64,000 bases of DNA from an uncultured Bacteroidota bacterium. Lineage in GTDB: Bacteria; Bacteroidota; Bacteroidia; Flavobacteriales; Flavobacteriaceae. The notes under the pieces were generated by a model. The model had not been told where the DNA came from and ran no database searches. It saw only the letters and a list, made by a program, of their open reading frames with translations. A program made the position numbers and the translations under genes. The stretch spans positions 9,238 through 73,237 of the forward strand of contig CACJHI010000005.1 in NCBI GenBank assembly GCA_902593165.1, in the 5' to 3' direction. Positions 29,507-40,031 of this stretch are shown piece after piece (the stretch's first letter is position 1; the number at the start of each line of letters is the position of its first letter).

Positions 29507-30264
29507 AGATTAAGGTTTAATTTAACTGGGCAATGGTCTGAGTGATGAACATCACTTAAAATTTCAGAATTATTTATTTTATTTATTAATGGTTTAGAGA
29601 CGATGTTATAATCTATTCTCCAACCTTTGTTATTAGCTCTGGAGTTAGCTCTATAACTCCACCAGCTATATTGATGGGGAGACTTATTAATATGTCTGAA
29701 GGAATCAATAAAATCATTGCCAATGAAAAGATCTAACCACTTTCTCTCCTCAGGTAAAAAGCCAGACACATTTTTATTTCTTACTGGATCATGAATATCT
29801 ATTGCATTATGGCAGATATTATAATCTCCACATATTACAAGGTTTTTTATTTCTTTATTTAAAGAATAAATGTATTCTTTAAAATCATCCATAAATCGAA
29901 ATTTGAAGTCTAACCTAGCAGTATTTGTTCCAGATGGCAGATATAAACTCATGACAGAGACTTCATCAAAATCAATTCTTAAAACCCTTCCTTCAAAATC
30001 CATATAGTCAATACCTGTTCCATATTCAACGTGATTTGGAGTCTGTTTAGAAAAAATAGCAACTCCGCTGTAGCCTTTCTTTTGTGCTGAAAACCAATAT
30101 GTCTTATACCCTAATTCCTCTATTAATTCAAAATCAACTTGGTCCTTATTTGCCTTTGTTTCTTGAATACATATTACATCAGGAGATTCATCTCTTAGCC
30201 AGTCAACAAATCCTTTTTTCATCGCTGCCCTTATACCATTAACGTTATAGGTAATAATATTCAA
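29503..30264 (-). CDS. xth: Exodeoxyribonuclease III
   Basis: NIITYNVNGIRAA, ICIQETK, GDYNICH, SDHCPV; TTG start. Confidence 0.9.
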   Translation of the reverse strand: MNIITYNVNGIRAAMKKGFVDWLRDESPDVICIQETKANKDQVDFELIEELGYKTYWFSAQKKGYSGVAIFSKQTPNHVEYGTGIDYMDFEGRVLRIDFDEVSVMSLYLPSGTNTARLDFKFRFMDDFKEYIYSLNKEIKNLVICGDYNICHNAIDIHDPVRNKNVSGFLPEERKWLDLFIGNDFIDSFRHINKSPHQYSWWSYRANSRANNKGWRIDYNIVSKPLINKINNSEILSDVHHSDHCPVKLNLNL

Positions 30265-31802
30265 CTGTTGAGATTTTTTAATAAGCTTTTAAGTGTAAGC
30301 TCATCTTCTACAATCTTTTTTAACTGATCAATTTTGATTCTTTTTTGCTCCATTGAATCTCTATCTCTAAGTGTAAATGTGTCATCCTCTAGAGTCTGGT
30401 GATCTATTGTTATACAATATGGAGTACCAATTGCATCCTGCCTTCTATACCTTCTACCAATTGCGTCTTTTTCGTCGTAGACAATATTTATTTCATGCTT
30501 AAACTCCTTCATTAGCTTAATCGTATATTCAGGCAATCCATCTTTTCTAAGCAATGGTAAGAATGCTAATTTATTTGGTGCTAGCTGCTTTGGAATACTC
30601 ATTATATTTCTTGATGATCCATCATCTAAAGTCTCCATTTTAAAGGAATGACTAAGGATTGCTAGAAACATTCTGTCTAACCCAATTGAGGTTTCCACTA
30701 CAAAGGGTGTATAATTCTTATCTAATGCTGGATCAAAATATTGTATCTTTTTACCAGAAAGTTTTTCATGACTCTTAAGGTCAAAATCTGTTCTAGAATG
30801 GATACCTTCAAGCTCTTTAAACCCGAATGGGAAAAGAAATTCAATATCACATGCAGCATCAGCATAGTGAGCTAGCTTATCATGATCATGATATCTAAAA
30901 GAACTATTATCAATTCCGATATTAAGATGCCAATCTAGACGTTTCTTCTTCCAAATGTCAAACCATTCTGCTTGAGATCCTGGTTGAATAAAGAATTGCA
31001 TTTCCATTTGTTCAAATTCTCTCATTCTAAAAATAAATTGACGGGCTACTATCTCATTTCTGAAGGCTTTTCCAGTTTGAGCAATACCAAATGGTATTTT
31101 CATCCTAGATGTTTTTTGAACATTTAGGTAATTAAGAAAAATTCCTTGAGCAGTTTCAGGCCTAAGATAAAGATCCATACTAGAATCCTCAGATGCACCT
31201 AATTTTGTGCTAAACATTAGATTGAATTGTCTAACTTCTGTCCAATTACATGTGCCTGAAATTGGACATTTAATTTCTAAATCATCGATTAGCATTTTTA
31301 CAGAGGCTAAATCCTCATTTTCAAAAGCAGCCACCATTTTAGATTTAATTTTATCAATTGAAGATAATATTTCTTGTACTCTTGGGTTAGTCTCAATAAA
31401 CTGTTTTTTATCAAACTTATCTTTAAACCTTTTTTCTGCTTTAACTATTTCTTTTTGGACTTTCAAATTTAATTTTTCAATATGCTCTTCAATTAATACA
31501 TCAGCTCTATACCTTTTCTTTGAATCCTTATTATCAATTAAAGGATCATTAAAAGCATCCACATGCCCAGAAGCAACCCATGTTTTAGGATGCATAAATA
31601 TTGCTGAATCAATCCCAACGATATTTTCATTTAATTGAACCATTGACCTCCACCAATACTCTCTTATATTATTCTTTAAGAGAGTACCATTATGTGCATA
31701 ATCATAAATAGCATTTAGACCTTCATATATTTCACTTGAAGGAAATATAAAACCATATTCCTTTGAGTGTGATATTATTTTTTTTAGTGAGTCCTTGTCC
31801 AT
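30261..31802 (-). CDS. glyQS: Glycine--tRNA ligase (homodimeric alpha2 type)
   Basis: YGFIFPSSEIYEG, LRPETAQGIF, FRNEI, REFEQMEMQFF, GLDRM. Confidence 0.9.
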   Translation of the reverse strand: MDKDSLKKIISHSKEYGFIFPSSEIYEGLNAIYDYAHNGTLLKNNIREYWWRSMVQLNENIVGIDSAIFMHPKTWVASGHVDAFNDPLIDNKDSKKRYRADVLIEEHIEKLNLKVQKEIVKAEKRFKDKFDKKQFIETNPRVQEILSSIDKIKSKMVAAFENEDLASVKMLIDDLEIKCPISGTCNWTEVRQFNLMFSTKLGASEDSSMDLYLRPETAQGIFLNYLNVQKTSRMKIPFGIAQTGKAFRNEIVARQFIFRMREFEQMEMQFFIQPGSQAEWFDIWKKKRLDWHLNIGIDNSSFRYHDHDKLAHYADAACDIEFLFPFGFKELEGIHSRTDFDLKSHEKLSGKKIQYFDPALDKNYTPFVVETSIGLDRMFLAILSHSFKMETLDDGSSRNIMSIPKQLAPNKLAFLPLLRKDGLPEYTIKLMKEFKHEINIVYDEKDAIGRRYRRQDAIGTPYCITIDHQTLEDDTFTLRDRDSMEQKRIKIDQLKKIVEDELTLKSLLKNLNS

Positions 31803-31868
31803 TAGTATATTGTAAAAATAGTTCTTTTTACTATTTTAAATACGTTAATTTGTAATTGAATTGATGTA

Positions 31869-33503
31869 ATGAGAAAAATTATATATACAATTTTATCATT
31901 AGCTTTAATAAGCGGATGTGCAAAAAGAGGTTCTCCAAGTGGAGGTCCTATGGACAGTATACCTCCAGTTCTCGTTAACGCTAACCCTAAACTCAATTCT
32001 ACAAATTTTGACTCAGAGGAGATAAGACTAACTTTTGATGAATTTGTTAAGTTAGATAAAGTTCAAGATCAATTAATAATATCTCCACCAGTTGAAAAAA
32101 GCGCATATGAGATTAAGCCTCTAACTGGAGTTACAAAAAAGGTGTTTTTGAAATTTATTGATACTCTAGACATAAATACTACTTATACTATAAACTTTGG
32201 AAATAGCATTAAAGACAACAATGAAAACAATCCGTTAACTTTTTTTAGTTATACTTTTTCAACTGGAGAAACCATTGATTCACTTTATGTAAAAGGTAAT
32301 ATCTCAGATGCCTATGATATAGATACAGATGAGTACGTTTCAATTCATCTTTACAGAATTGATTCCACATTAAATGACTCCATAATTTTTAATAAACGAC
32401 CTACTTACATCTCTAATTCTCTCGATTCAACATCATATAAATTTAATAACTTAAAAGAGGGTAAATATTTTATAGTAGCAATGAAAGATGTAGATAATAA
32501 TTATTTCTTTGATCCATTTTATGATAAAATTGGTTTTATTGATTCAATTATTACTCTTCCAAAAGATTCAATTATTGATTTTAAATTATTTAAAGAAGAG
32601 ACTGAATTAATATGGGATAAACCACATTTTTTAAATAGTGAGAAAATTGGATTTGGGTATTATGGAAAACTTGATTTTAATAGGTTGGTAATTGACTCAA
32701 AACTTCCAGATAGTATTGATTACACTTTCACAAAAGAAATAGAAAAAGATACAATTTATCTATGGCTAACAAGGAATAGTTTTGACTCATTAAATTTCAA
32801 TTTGATAGAAAAAGATACTACCAAGTTAACTACTGTTAAGTTTGATAGAAAAAGAGATACTCTTATTGATTCTCTCAGTATTAGCGCTAAAACAGCAAAT
32901 GTTATTCATCTTAGAGAATCATTTAAGCTTTCAAGTAATATACCAATTAAAAAAATTGAGGATTCTTTAATTAACATAAGAGATATTGATTCGATTATTG
33001 TTCCCTTTACAACTTCACTAAATGATAACTTAGATGAAATTGATATAAAATTTGAAGTTTCACCATCAGATAATTATAGAATATTTATTCTACCAGAAGC
33101 TATCAGAGATATAAAGGGTGTGACAAATGATACTTTACAATTTAATTTAGTTAGTCAGGCATTAGAAGATTATGGAAATATATATTTAGATGTTATAAGA
33201 AACAGTCAGTCTAAGTTTATACTTCATCTGTTAAACTCAAATGGAGATATTATTAGGAAATATAATAATGTAAATGAAAATTCGACTTTTAACTTTGATT
33301 ACATAAGGCCAGGAAAATATACTTTCAGATTAATTGAGGATTTAAATAATAATAATCTTTGGGATACTGGTAATTATCTTAATAGAGTTAAGCCCGAACC
33401 TGTTTATTACTTCCCATCTGAACTTGAGGTAAGAGCAAATTGGGACCTTAATGAAACTTTTGATTTAAACATAAAACAATCAGTCAATGACTCAATAAAC
33501 TAA
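31869..33503 (+). CDS. Ig-like (Big_5-type) domain lipoprotein
   Basis: Lipobox ISGCAKRGSPSGGPMDSIPP followed by a beta-rich sequence, as in the conserved Bacteroidota Ig-like lipoprotein. Confidence 0.5.
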   Translation: MRKIIYTILSLALISGCAKRGSPSGGPMDSIPPVLVNANPKLNSTNFDSEEIRLTFDEFVKLDKVQDQLIISPPVEKSAYEIKPLTGVTKKVFLKFIDTLDINTTYTINFGNSIKDNNENNPLTFFSYTFSTGETIDSLYVKGNISDAYDIDTDEYVSIHLYRIDSTLNDSIIFNKRPTYISNSLDSTSYKFNNLKEGKYFIVAMKDVDNNYFFDPFYDKIGFIDSIITLPKDSIIDFKLFKEETELIWDKPHFLNSEKIGFGYYGKLDFNRLVIDSKLPDSIDYTFTKEIEKDTIYLWLTRNSFDSLNFNLIEKDTTKLTTVKFDRKRDTLIDSLSISAKTANVIHLRESFKLSSNIPIKKIEDSLINIRDIDSIIVPFTTSLNDNLDEIDIKFEVSPSDNYRIFILPEAIRDIKGVTNDTLQFNLVSQALEDYGNIYLDVIRNSQSKFILHLLNSNGDIIRKYNNVNENSTFNFDYIRPGKYTFRLIEDLNNNNLWDTGNYLNRVKPEPVYYFPSELEVRANWDLNETFDLNIKQSVNDSIN

Positions 33504-33507
33504 CAAC

Positions 33508-34665
33508 ATGAAGAAAAATTTATCAATCTTATTAATTACTATTTTTTTTAATGCTAACTGTCAAGATCTATATTTTCCAAGTAAAGGAAATTGGGAAGTA
33601 AAGTTGCCTTCAGATTTTAATTATGATTCAAAGAAAATTCAAAAAGCAATTGACTTTGTAATTGAGAATCAAAATAATGGTAATAAGGATTTAAGAGTTG
33701 AAATATTAAAAGGATTTTCAACAGAACCCTATCATAGCATAAAAGGACCTACCAAAAAAAGAGGAGAAACAAATGGCTTAATTATAAAAGATGGATATAT
33801 CATAGCCTCATGGGGTGATGCTAAAAGGGTTGATATGACTTTTAGTGTTACAAAAAGTTATCTCTCTGCTATAGCAGGAATTGCAGTTGACAAAAACCTT
33901 ATTAGATCAGAAAAAGATTTTGTTTCTAATTATGTTTGGGATAAAACGTTTGATGGAGAAAAGAATAGTCTGATCACATGGGAACATCTATTAAACCAAT
34001 CTTCAGATTGGTTTGGAAATTTATTTGGAATTAACCATTGGGAAGATAGGCCAAATATTAGTAAAAGTATAGATGATTGGAGGTCAGAACCTCAGAAAGT
34101 ACCTGGAACACACTATAAGTATAATGATGTAAGGGTAAATGTTTTAGCATATTCACTTCTTCAAGTTTTTCGAGAATCACTGCCAAAAGTTTTGAAAAAG
34201 ACAATCATGGATCCAATTAATGCTTCAGATACATGGAGATGGTATGGGTATGAAAATTCATGGGTAAATATTGATGGAGTAAAAACTCAGTCTGTATCTG
34301 GAGGTGGACATAATGGTGGGGGGATATTTATTAGCTCTGAGGATCATGCAAGGTTTGGACTGCTATTTTTAAATAAAGGAATGTGGAATGGTAAAAGAAT
34401 TATTTCTGAGGATTGGATAGAGAAGTCTATTTCACCATCCAAGACAAACCCTGAGTATGGATATATGTGGTGGATTAATTCTAAACTAGGTGAAGATTAT
34501 CAGACAACTGATTGGAAGAATGTCCCTACAAACATTTTTTATGGAAGTGGTTTTGGAGGAAATAAAGTCATTATAATTCCAGATGAGAATATGGTAATTG
34601 TTGGAAGATGGTTTGGGAGTCAAACAGAAAGCACTTTTATAAAGATGATTTTAGATTCTAAATAA
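33508..34665 (+). CDS. Serine hydrolase (beta-lactamase fold)
   Basis: Signal peptide, FSVTKSY (S-x-x-K), YKYNDV (Y-x-N). Confidence 0.6.
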   Translation: MKKNLSILLITIFFNANCQDLYFPSKGNWEVKLPSDFNYDSKKIQKAIDFVIENQNNGNKDLRVEILKGFSTEPYHSIKGPTKKRGETNGLIIKDGYIIASWGDAKRVDMTFSVTKSYLSAIAGIAVDKNLIRSEKDFVSNYVWDKTFDGEKNSLITWEHLLNQSSDWFGNLFGINHWEDRPNISKSIDDWRSEPQKVPGTHYKYNDVRVNVLAYSLLQVFRESLPKVLKKTIMDPINASDTWRWYGYENSWVNIDGVKTQSVSGGGHNGGGIFISSEDHARFGLLFLNKGMWNGKRIISEDWIEKSISPSKTNPEYGYMWWINSKLGEDYQTTDWKNVPTNIFYGSGFGGNKVIIIPDENMVIVGRWFGSQTESTFIKMILDSK

Positions 34666-34667
34666 TT

Positions 34668-35408
34668 TTAGATTTTAGCTTTATAAAACTCTCTATTCAT
34701 TCTTGCTATATTTTTTATAGATATTCCTTTTGGACACTCTACCTCACAGGCACCAGTATTTGTACAGTTTCCAAAACCTTCATCATCCATTTGCTTAACC
34801 ATATTGAGTACTCTCTCCTTGGCTTCAACTTTTCCTTGAGGCAAGTAAGAAAACTGTGAAACTTTTGCAGATACGTACAGCATTGCAGAGGCATTTTTAC
34901 AAGTTGCAACACATGCTCCACATCCAATACAGGTAGCAGCATCGAAAGCATTATCTGCATCTTCTTTTCTAATTGGAGTAGTATTTGCATCTTGTGTGTT
35001 TCCAGAGGTATTAATACTAATGTATCCCCCTGAATGTTGAATCCTATCAAATGCAGACCTATCAACAACAAGGTCTTTAATTATAGGAAAGGAACTTGCT
35101 CTAAAAGGTTCAATCACAATTGAATCACCATCTTTAAATTTTCTCATGTGAAGCTGACATGTAGTAATTCCCTTATCAGGACCATGAGCTCTTCCATTTA
35201 TAAATAATGAACAACTACCACATATTCCTTCTCTACAGTCATGATCAAAAGCAATTGGATCAATATTTTCATAAATTAATTTTTGGTTAAGTACATCCAT
35301 CATTTCCAGGAAAGACATATCGGGAGTGATATCATCAATCTCATATTTGACAAAGCTACCTTTTGACTCTCTATCTTGCTGTCTCCAAATTTTAAGGTTA
35401 AGTTTCAT
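34668..35408 (-). CDS. sdhB: Succinate dehydrogenase/fumarate reductase iron-sulfur subunit
   Basis: [10 protein letters not shown] (2Fe-2S), [11 protein letters not shown] and [12 protein letters not shown] cluster motifs. Confidence 0.95.
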   Translation of the reverse strand: MKLNLKIWRQQDRESKGSFVKYEIDDITPDMSFLEMMDVLNQKLIYENIDPIAFDHDCREGICGSCSLFINGRAHGPDKGITTCQLHMRKFKDGDSIVIEPFRASSFPIIKDLVVDRSAFDRIQHSGGYISINTSGNTQDANTTPIRKEDADNAFDAATCIGCGACVATCKNASAMLYVSAKVSQFSYLPQGKVEAKERVLNMVKQMDDEGFGNCTNTGACEVECPKGISIKNIARMNREFYKAKI

Positions 35409-35409
35409 A

Positions 35410-36918
35410 TTAATATTTAGCTGGGGTGTTATTAGTAATAGTTTTAAGAATGAAATCTCTAAGGTCTTGATTTGATTTTTGTAGATCTTCTCGTCTTAAA
35501 TACATCATATGTCCACTTTCATATCCTTTGAAGGTGAATCTGTCACTTAGTCTTCCGCTCTTATCCACTTGTTGAATAGTAAATCTTCCTGCTGAGAAAG
35601 TTGTTGCTCCATCATAATATCCTGATTGAATTAGAACATTTAGAAATGGGTTTTGCGCGATTGCAAGTCTAAAATTTCTTCTTATTGGATAATTTTCTGT
35701 ATCCCATGGCCTTACTGAAAGCTCTCCCCTAGCATAAGTATTATATTTAACATCCGTCTGGAAGTTGAGGATTTCTTTCACATAAGAATTCATTGCCGGG
35801 GTAAACGAGTGGTTCCATGAGTCATATTCTGCGTTATACTCTGGGTATATTCCAGCATCCCTGCTATCTATTCCTTTATATCTAGAATCTAATCGTCCAA
35901 TTGTATATCCTTCATCTCTAAGTAATTCTTTCCAAAAAAAGTAAGTAGATATATTTAAATTATTTCGAATTACTTCATCTTCTTTAATACCAATTAAAGA
36001 AGATATCTCTTTTGCAAGGGCACTTTTTTCATCATCTTCTAAAGCACCTCCTCGAGCGAGTGCAGGAAGAAGTCTCTCATAGGCAAAGTCCTCTGAAATA
36101 TCAATTACATCTAATAATGATTTGTTTTGAAGATTATCATCTAATTTATTGTGGTACCACGCAGTTGCTGTCATATAGGGAAAATCAATAGCAGAGTTTA
36201 AGATCCCTCCTCTTTCATCATATCCAATTTCATAATCAGCAGGAGAGACTAAGACTACTCCATTTAAGTGCATCCACTGAACTTGTTGCAGTTCATATGC
36301 TAGCCCCATTACTCTTGGCCCACCATAGCTCTCTCCAATTAGGTACTTTGGAGATTTCCATCTTTCAGACCTTGTTACAAAAGTACTAATCCACTCAGCT
36401 AAATATTGGATGTCTTGTTTCATTCCAAAGAACTTTTTTGTAGCCTCTTCCTTGGTCATATCTTTTAAAATTCTAGAAAACCCAACATTAATTGGGTTTA
36501 CAAACACGATATCTGCTACATCTAATATTGAATATGGATTTGACTTATAGCCATAAGGTTGAACTGGATAACCTTCATCATCAATAATCAGGTTGTAAGG
36601 TCCAGTGTAACCAAGATGCATCCATATTGAAGCAGATCCCGGACCTCCATTAAATGAGAATGCAATTGGCCTATTGGAGTTATCGTCTATATCTGTTCTT
36701 TTGTAGTAAGTATAATAAAGAGAAGCAATCACGTTTCCTTTAGAATCCCAAACAGGTTGAGTCCCTGCCTCAGCAGAATAGGATACTTTTTTACCAAGTA
36801 TGGAAGTAGTATGATTTGATATGACCTTTGTATCAGCAGGAATCTGTCTATCGGATAAGTTATTCTGTGAATAACAGAAAGAAATTGACAAAACAGATAT
36901 TAAAAGTAATTTTTTCAT
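35410..36918 (-). CDS. Secreted S10-family serine carboxypeptidase, located between sdhA and sdhB
   Basis: Signal peptide, [13 protein letters not shown], catalytic GESYGG, C-terminal GHMMY (His). Confidence 0.8.
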   Translation of the reverse strand: MKKLLLISVLSISFCYSQNNLSDRQIPADTKVISNHTTSILGKKVSYSAEAGTQPVWDSKGNVIASLYYTYYKRTDIDDNSNRPIAFSFNGGPGSASIWMHLGYTGPYNLIIDDEGYPVQPYGYKSNPYSILDVADIVFVNPINVGFSRILKDMTKEEATKKFFGMKQDIQYLAEWISTFVTRSERWKSPKYLIGESYGGPRVMGLAYELQQVQWMHLNGVVLVSPADYEIGYDERGGILNSAIDFPYMTATAWYHNKLDDNLQNKSLLDVIDISEDFAYERLLPALARGGALEDDEKSALAKEISSLIGIKEDEVIRNNLNISTYFFWKELLRDEGYTIGRLDSRYKGIDSRDAGIYPEYNAEYDSWNHSFTPAMNSYVKEILNFQTDVKYNTYARGELSVRPWDTENYPIRRNFRLAIAQNPFLNVLIQSGYYDGATTFSAGRFTIQQVDKSGRLSDRFTFKGYESGHMMYLRREDLQKSNQDLRDFILKTITNNTPAKY

Positions 36919-36926
36919 AAGATAGA

Positions 36927-39266
36927 TTATTTATAAGATCTAGTTTTAACTTCTATTTCTTCATATTTAAGATCTTCTTTGTGGAGCTTAGCATCTGATG
37001 GTTCCCCAACATATTCCCAAGCTGAGACAAATTTGAAATTCTTATCATCTCTAATAGCCTCTCCATCTTTAGTTTGATACTCTTCTCTAAAATGACCACC
37101 ACAGGATTCGTTTCTTTCTAATGCATCTTTTGCAAATAACTCACCCAGTTCAAGGAAATCTGCAACTCTAACTGCTTTAGCAAGCTCCTCATTATATTCG
37201 CCAACCTTACCAGTAACATTTACATTTTTATAGAAATCCTTTCTTAATTTTTTAATTTCATTAATTGCATCGACTAAATCATTTTGATTTCTTGACATAC
37301 CACATTTATTCCACATAATCTTTCCTAATTTTTTGTGATAATAATCAACTGAGTTTTTCCCTTTATTAGATATTAGCTTTAAAAGCAAGTCTTGAACTCC
37401 TTTTTCACTTTCTTCAAATTCTTTACTATCAGTACTGATTTTACCTGTACTAATGTCATCAGATAAATAGTCTCCAATTGTATAGGGAAGAACAAAATAC
37501 CCATCCGCTAATCCCTGCATTAAAGCAGAAGCACCTAGCCTATTTGCTCCGTGATCTGAAAAATTTGCTTCACCTATTGCAAAACATCCAGGAATTGTTG
37601 TCATTAAGTTATAGTCTACCCAGACACCACCCATTGTGTAATGAACAGCTGGATAAATTTTCATTGGCATAACATATGGATCTTCATCTAATATTTTCTC
37701 ATACATCTGGAAAAGGTTACCATATTTTTGTTTTATAATTTCTCTACCTAATTTTTTTACTGTCTCAATATTATTCTCATCTTGACCATTAATTAACGCC
37801 TTCTCCTTACCATATCTAATAATTGCATGGGAGAAGTCTAAGTATACAGCCTCTCCGGTTTTATTAACTCCAAAACCATTATCACATCTTTCCTTAGCAG
37901 CTCTTGAAGCAATATCCCTTGGAACAAGATTTCCAAATGCAGGGTATCGTCTTTCTAAATAATAATCTCTATCTTCTTCCTTTATATCAAGCGGTGACAA
38001 CTTACCTTCTTGTACTAGTTTAGCATCAGTTAAATCTTTTGGCACCCATATTCTTCCATCATTTCTTAATGATTCAGACATTAGAGTTAATTTTGACTGA
38101 TAATCACCTGATACTGGAATACATGTTGGATGAATTTGAGTAAAACAAGGATTAGCAAAGTAAGCTCCTTTTTTATGAATCTTCCATGATGCGGTCACAT
38201 TACTTCCCATAGCATTTGTAGATAGATAAAAAATATTTCCATATCCACCAGAAGCAATTACAACTGCATGAGCTGAGAACCTTTCAAGTTTACCCGTAAC
38301 ATGATTTCTTGCTATTATACCTCTTGCTTTGCCATCTATTTTCACGAGATCCATCATCTCATGTCTGCTGAACATCTCTATTTTACCTCGAGCAATTTGC
38401 CTGTTCATTGCTGAATAAGCACCTAAAAGTAATTGTTGCCCTGTTTGTCCTTTAGCATAAAAAGTCCTTGAGACTTGAACTCCACCAAAAGAACGATTAT
38501 CAAGAAGTCCTCCATAATCTCTTGCAAAGGGTACTCCTTGAGCAACACATTGATCAATTATATTACCGGATACTTCAGCTAATCTATACACATTTGCCTC
38601 TCTTGACCTGTAGTCTCCTCCTTTGATAGTATCATAAAAAAGTCTATAGTCTGAATCTCCATCACCTTGATAGTTTTTAGAGGCATTTATACCTCCTTGA
38701 GCAGCAATTGAGTGAGCTCTCCTAGGAGAATCCTGAAAACAAAAAGCTTTAACATTATAACCTAACTCAGCTAGAGTTGCAGAAGCAGATGCACCAGCTA
38801 AACCTGTACCAACAACAATTACGTCAATATTTCTCTTATTTGATGGACTAACAAGGTTAATGCTACCTTTGTGGGATTCCCATTTTGAGGAAAGAGGGCC
38901 ATTAGGTACTTTTGAATTTAAAGTGGATTTAGTTTTAATATTTTTAATCTCATTATCTAACAGCTTAGTAATTTCAAATTCCGATTTTAATTTTTCAGGT
39001 GTAAGAGGTTCTTTTTTTGCTTCAAAAGCATTTATAATGTTCTCAAGCTGAGATTTTATTGCCTTTATCTTTCTATTTTTTAAACCAGCTTCTTTATCAG
39101 ATGATTTTACTTTCTTTTTATCAAAGCACCAATTTTTATTATTAACCTTTAAACTGCAGAAAACCTTTGTTCTTTTATTATTGATATGATATATAAAAAA
39201 AGGTGAGACATGGTCATCTTTGCCATCTTTATACTTTATGTGCTTCTCTGTAAGATATAATCCCAT
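36927..39266 (-). CDS. sdhA: Succinate dehydrogenase/fumarate reductase flavoprotein subunit with a ~113-aa non-SdhA N-terminal extension
   Basis: From residue ~116: [80 protein letters not shown]. The only in-frame ATG/GTG/TTG upstream of the conserved N-terminus is the ATG at 39266. Confidence 0.9.
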   Translation of the reverse strand: MGLYLTEKHIKYKDGKDDHVSPFFIYHINNKRTKVFCSLKVNNKNWCFDKKKVKSSDKEAGLKNRKIKAIKSQLENIINAFEAKKEPLTPEKLKSEFEITKLLDNEIKNIKTKSTLNSKVPNGPLSSKWESHKGSINLVSPSNKRNIDVIVVGTGLAGASASATLAELGYNVKAFCFQDSPRRAHSIAAQGGINASKNYQGDGDSDYRLFYDTIKGGDYRSREANVYRLAEVSGNIIDQCVAQGVPFARDYGGLLDNRSFGGVQVSRTFYAKGQTGQQLLLGAYSAMNRQIARGKIEMFSRHEMMDLVKIDGKARGIIARNHVTGKLERFSAHAVVIASGGYGNIFYLSTNAMGSNVTASWKIHKKGAYFANPCFTQIHPTCIPVSGDYQSKLTLMSESLRNDGRIWVPKDLTDAKLVQEGKLSPLDIKEEDRDYYLERRYPAFGNLVPRDIASRAAKERCDNGFGVNKTGEAVYLDFSHAIIRYGKEKALINGQDENNIETVKKLGREIIKQKYGNLFQMYEKILDEDPYVMPMKIYPAVHYTMGGVWVDYNLMTTIPGCFAIGEANFSDHGANRLGASALMQGLADGYFVLPYTIGDYLSDDISTGKISTDSKEFEESEKGVQDLLLKLISNKGKNSVDYYHKKLGKIMWNKCGMSRNQNDLVDAINEIKKLRKDFYKNVNVTGKVGEYNEELAKAVRVADFLELGELFAKDALERNESCGGHFREEYQTKDGEAIRDDKNFKFVSAWEYVGEPSDAKLHKEDLKYEEIEVKTRSYK
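38928..39266 (-). other. Tyrosine-integrase Arm-DNA-binding-like segment fused in frame to sdhA (probable mobile-element remnant)
   Basis: [61 protein letters not shown] follows the pattern of Bacteroidota integrase N-termini (e.g. IntDOT: CPLMGRITLDGKVAQFSLKEDIHPDRWDSKQGRA...LNQKIEQYKQEI, from memory). Confidence 0.5.
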
Positions 39267-39320
39267 AATACAAATATATAACTTTTAATTTAGTTGTACC
39301 CCATTTTGTGCCCCATTTGT

Positions 39321-39986
39321 TTAATGCATTAGATTGTGAAAAACTGCAATAAAAATAAAACCAAAAGGAATAAGAATTGAAAAAATAAATGTAAATGATT
39401 TAATAGGCTTATAATATTTAGAATCAACACCAATAGTTTTAAATGAAGAGCTAAAACCATGCAAAAGATGAAGAGCTAAAAAGATAAAGGATACAGAATA
39501 AATTGACGTTCTAATTGGACTCTCAAATTTGTGAATTAATTCTTCATAGTATCTATTTGGATCTTCCGGGAGGAACTCAATATATTTATAATTCATCTCT
39601 GGAACCCAAAAATCATAAAAATGGAGTATTAAGAATAAAAGTACTACACCTCCACTAAATATCATATTTCTAGAGATCCAAGGAGCATTATCTCCACCTG
39701 CATATCTTGAATAATTAGCACCTCTAGATTTTCTATTTATAATTTCTAAATAAAAACCCATTACAAAATGAAAAATGACACCAAATATCAATATAGGTTG
39801 TAAAATAAATTGAACAAGGGGGTTATTTCCCATAAAATGGGATAAGAAATTGAATATTTCTTCACTAAAAACTGAAGTAATATTAATTAGAAAATGTTGA
39901 GTTAAAAAAACTACAAGAAAGATACCTGACAAGGCCATTAAAAGCTTCTTCCCAATAGAAGATTTAAATATAGAAATCAACGACAT
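39321..39986 (-). CDS. sdhC: Succinate dehydrogenase cytochrome b subunit (b558 family)
   Basis: SSIGKKLLMALSGIFLVVFLTQHFLIN, five TM helices with conserved His residues. Confidence 0.85.
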   Translation of the reverse strand: MSLISIFKSSIGKKLLMALSGIFLVVFLTQHFLINITSVFSEEIFNFLSHFMGNNPLVQFILQPILIFGVIFHFVMGFYLEIINRKSRGANYSRYAGGDNAPWISRNMIFSGGVVLLFLILHFYDFWVPEMNYKYIEFLPEDPNRYYEELIHKFESPIRTSIYSVSFIFLALHLLHGFSSSFKTIGVDSKYYKPIKSFTFIFSILIPFGFIFIAVFHNLMH

Positions 39987-40031
39987 AATAATTTTTCAAC
40001 TTGTAAAATTAAATCATAAAACTTGAAATAA

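Noticed and set aside
31207-31638. Long antisense ORFs inside glyQS (143 aa), the BNR gene (42007-42351, 114 aa) and the trmH-family gene (49772-50161, 129 aa)
   Set aside because: Each lies wholly inside a strongly supported gene on the other strand. Their low-complexity Ser/Ile/Leu/Phe composition is what is expected from the complement of Lys/Glu/Asn-rich coding DNA. None has an independent start context.
34739-35071. 110-aa same-strand alternative-frame ORF within sdhB
   Set aside because: The sdhB frame carries all three Fe-S cluster motifs, and the alternative frame has no recognisable features.
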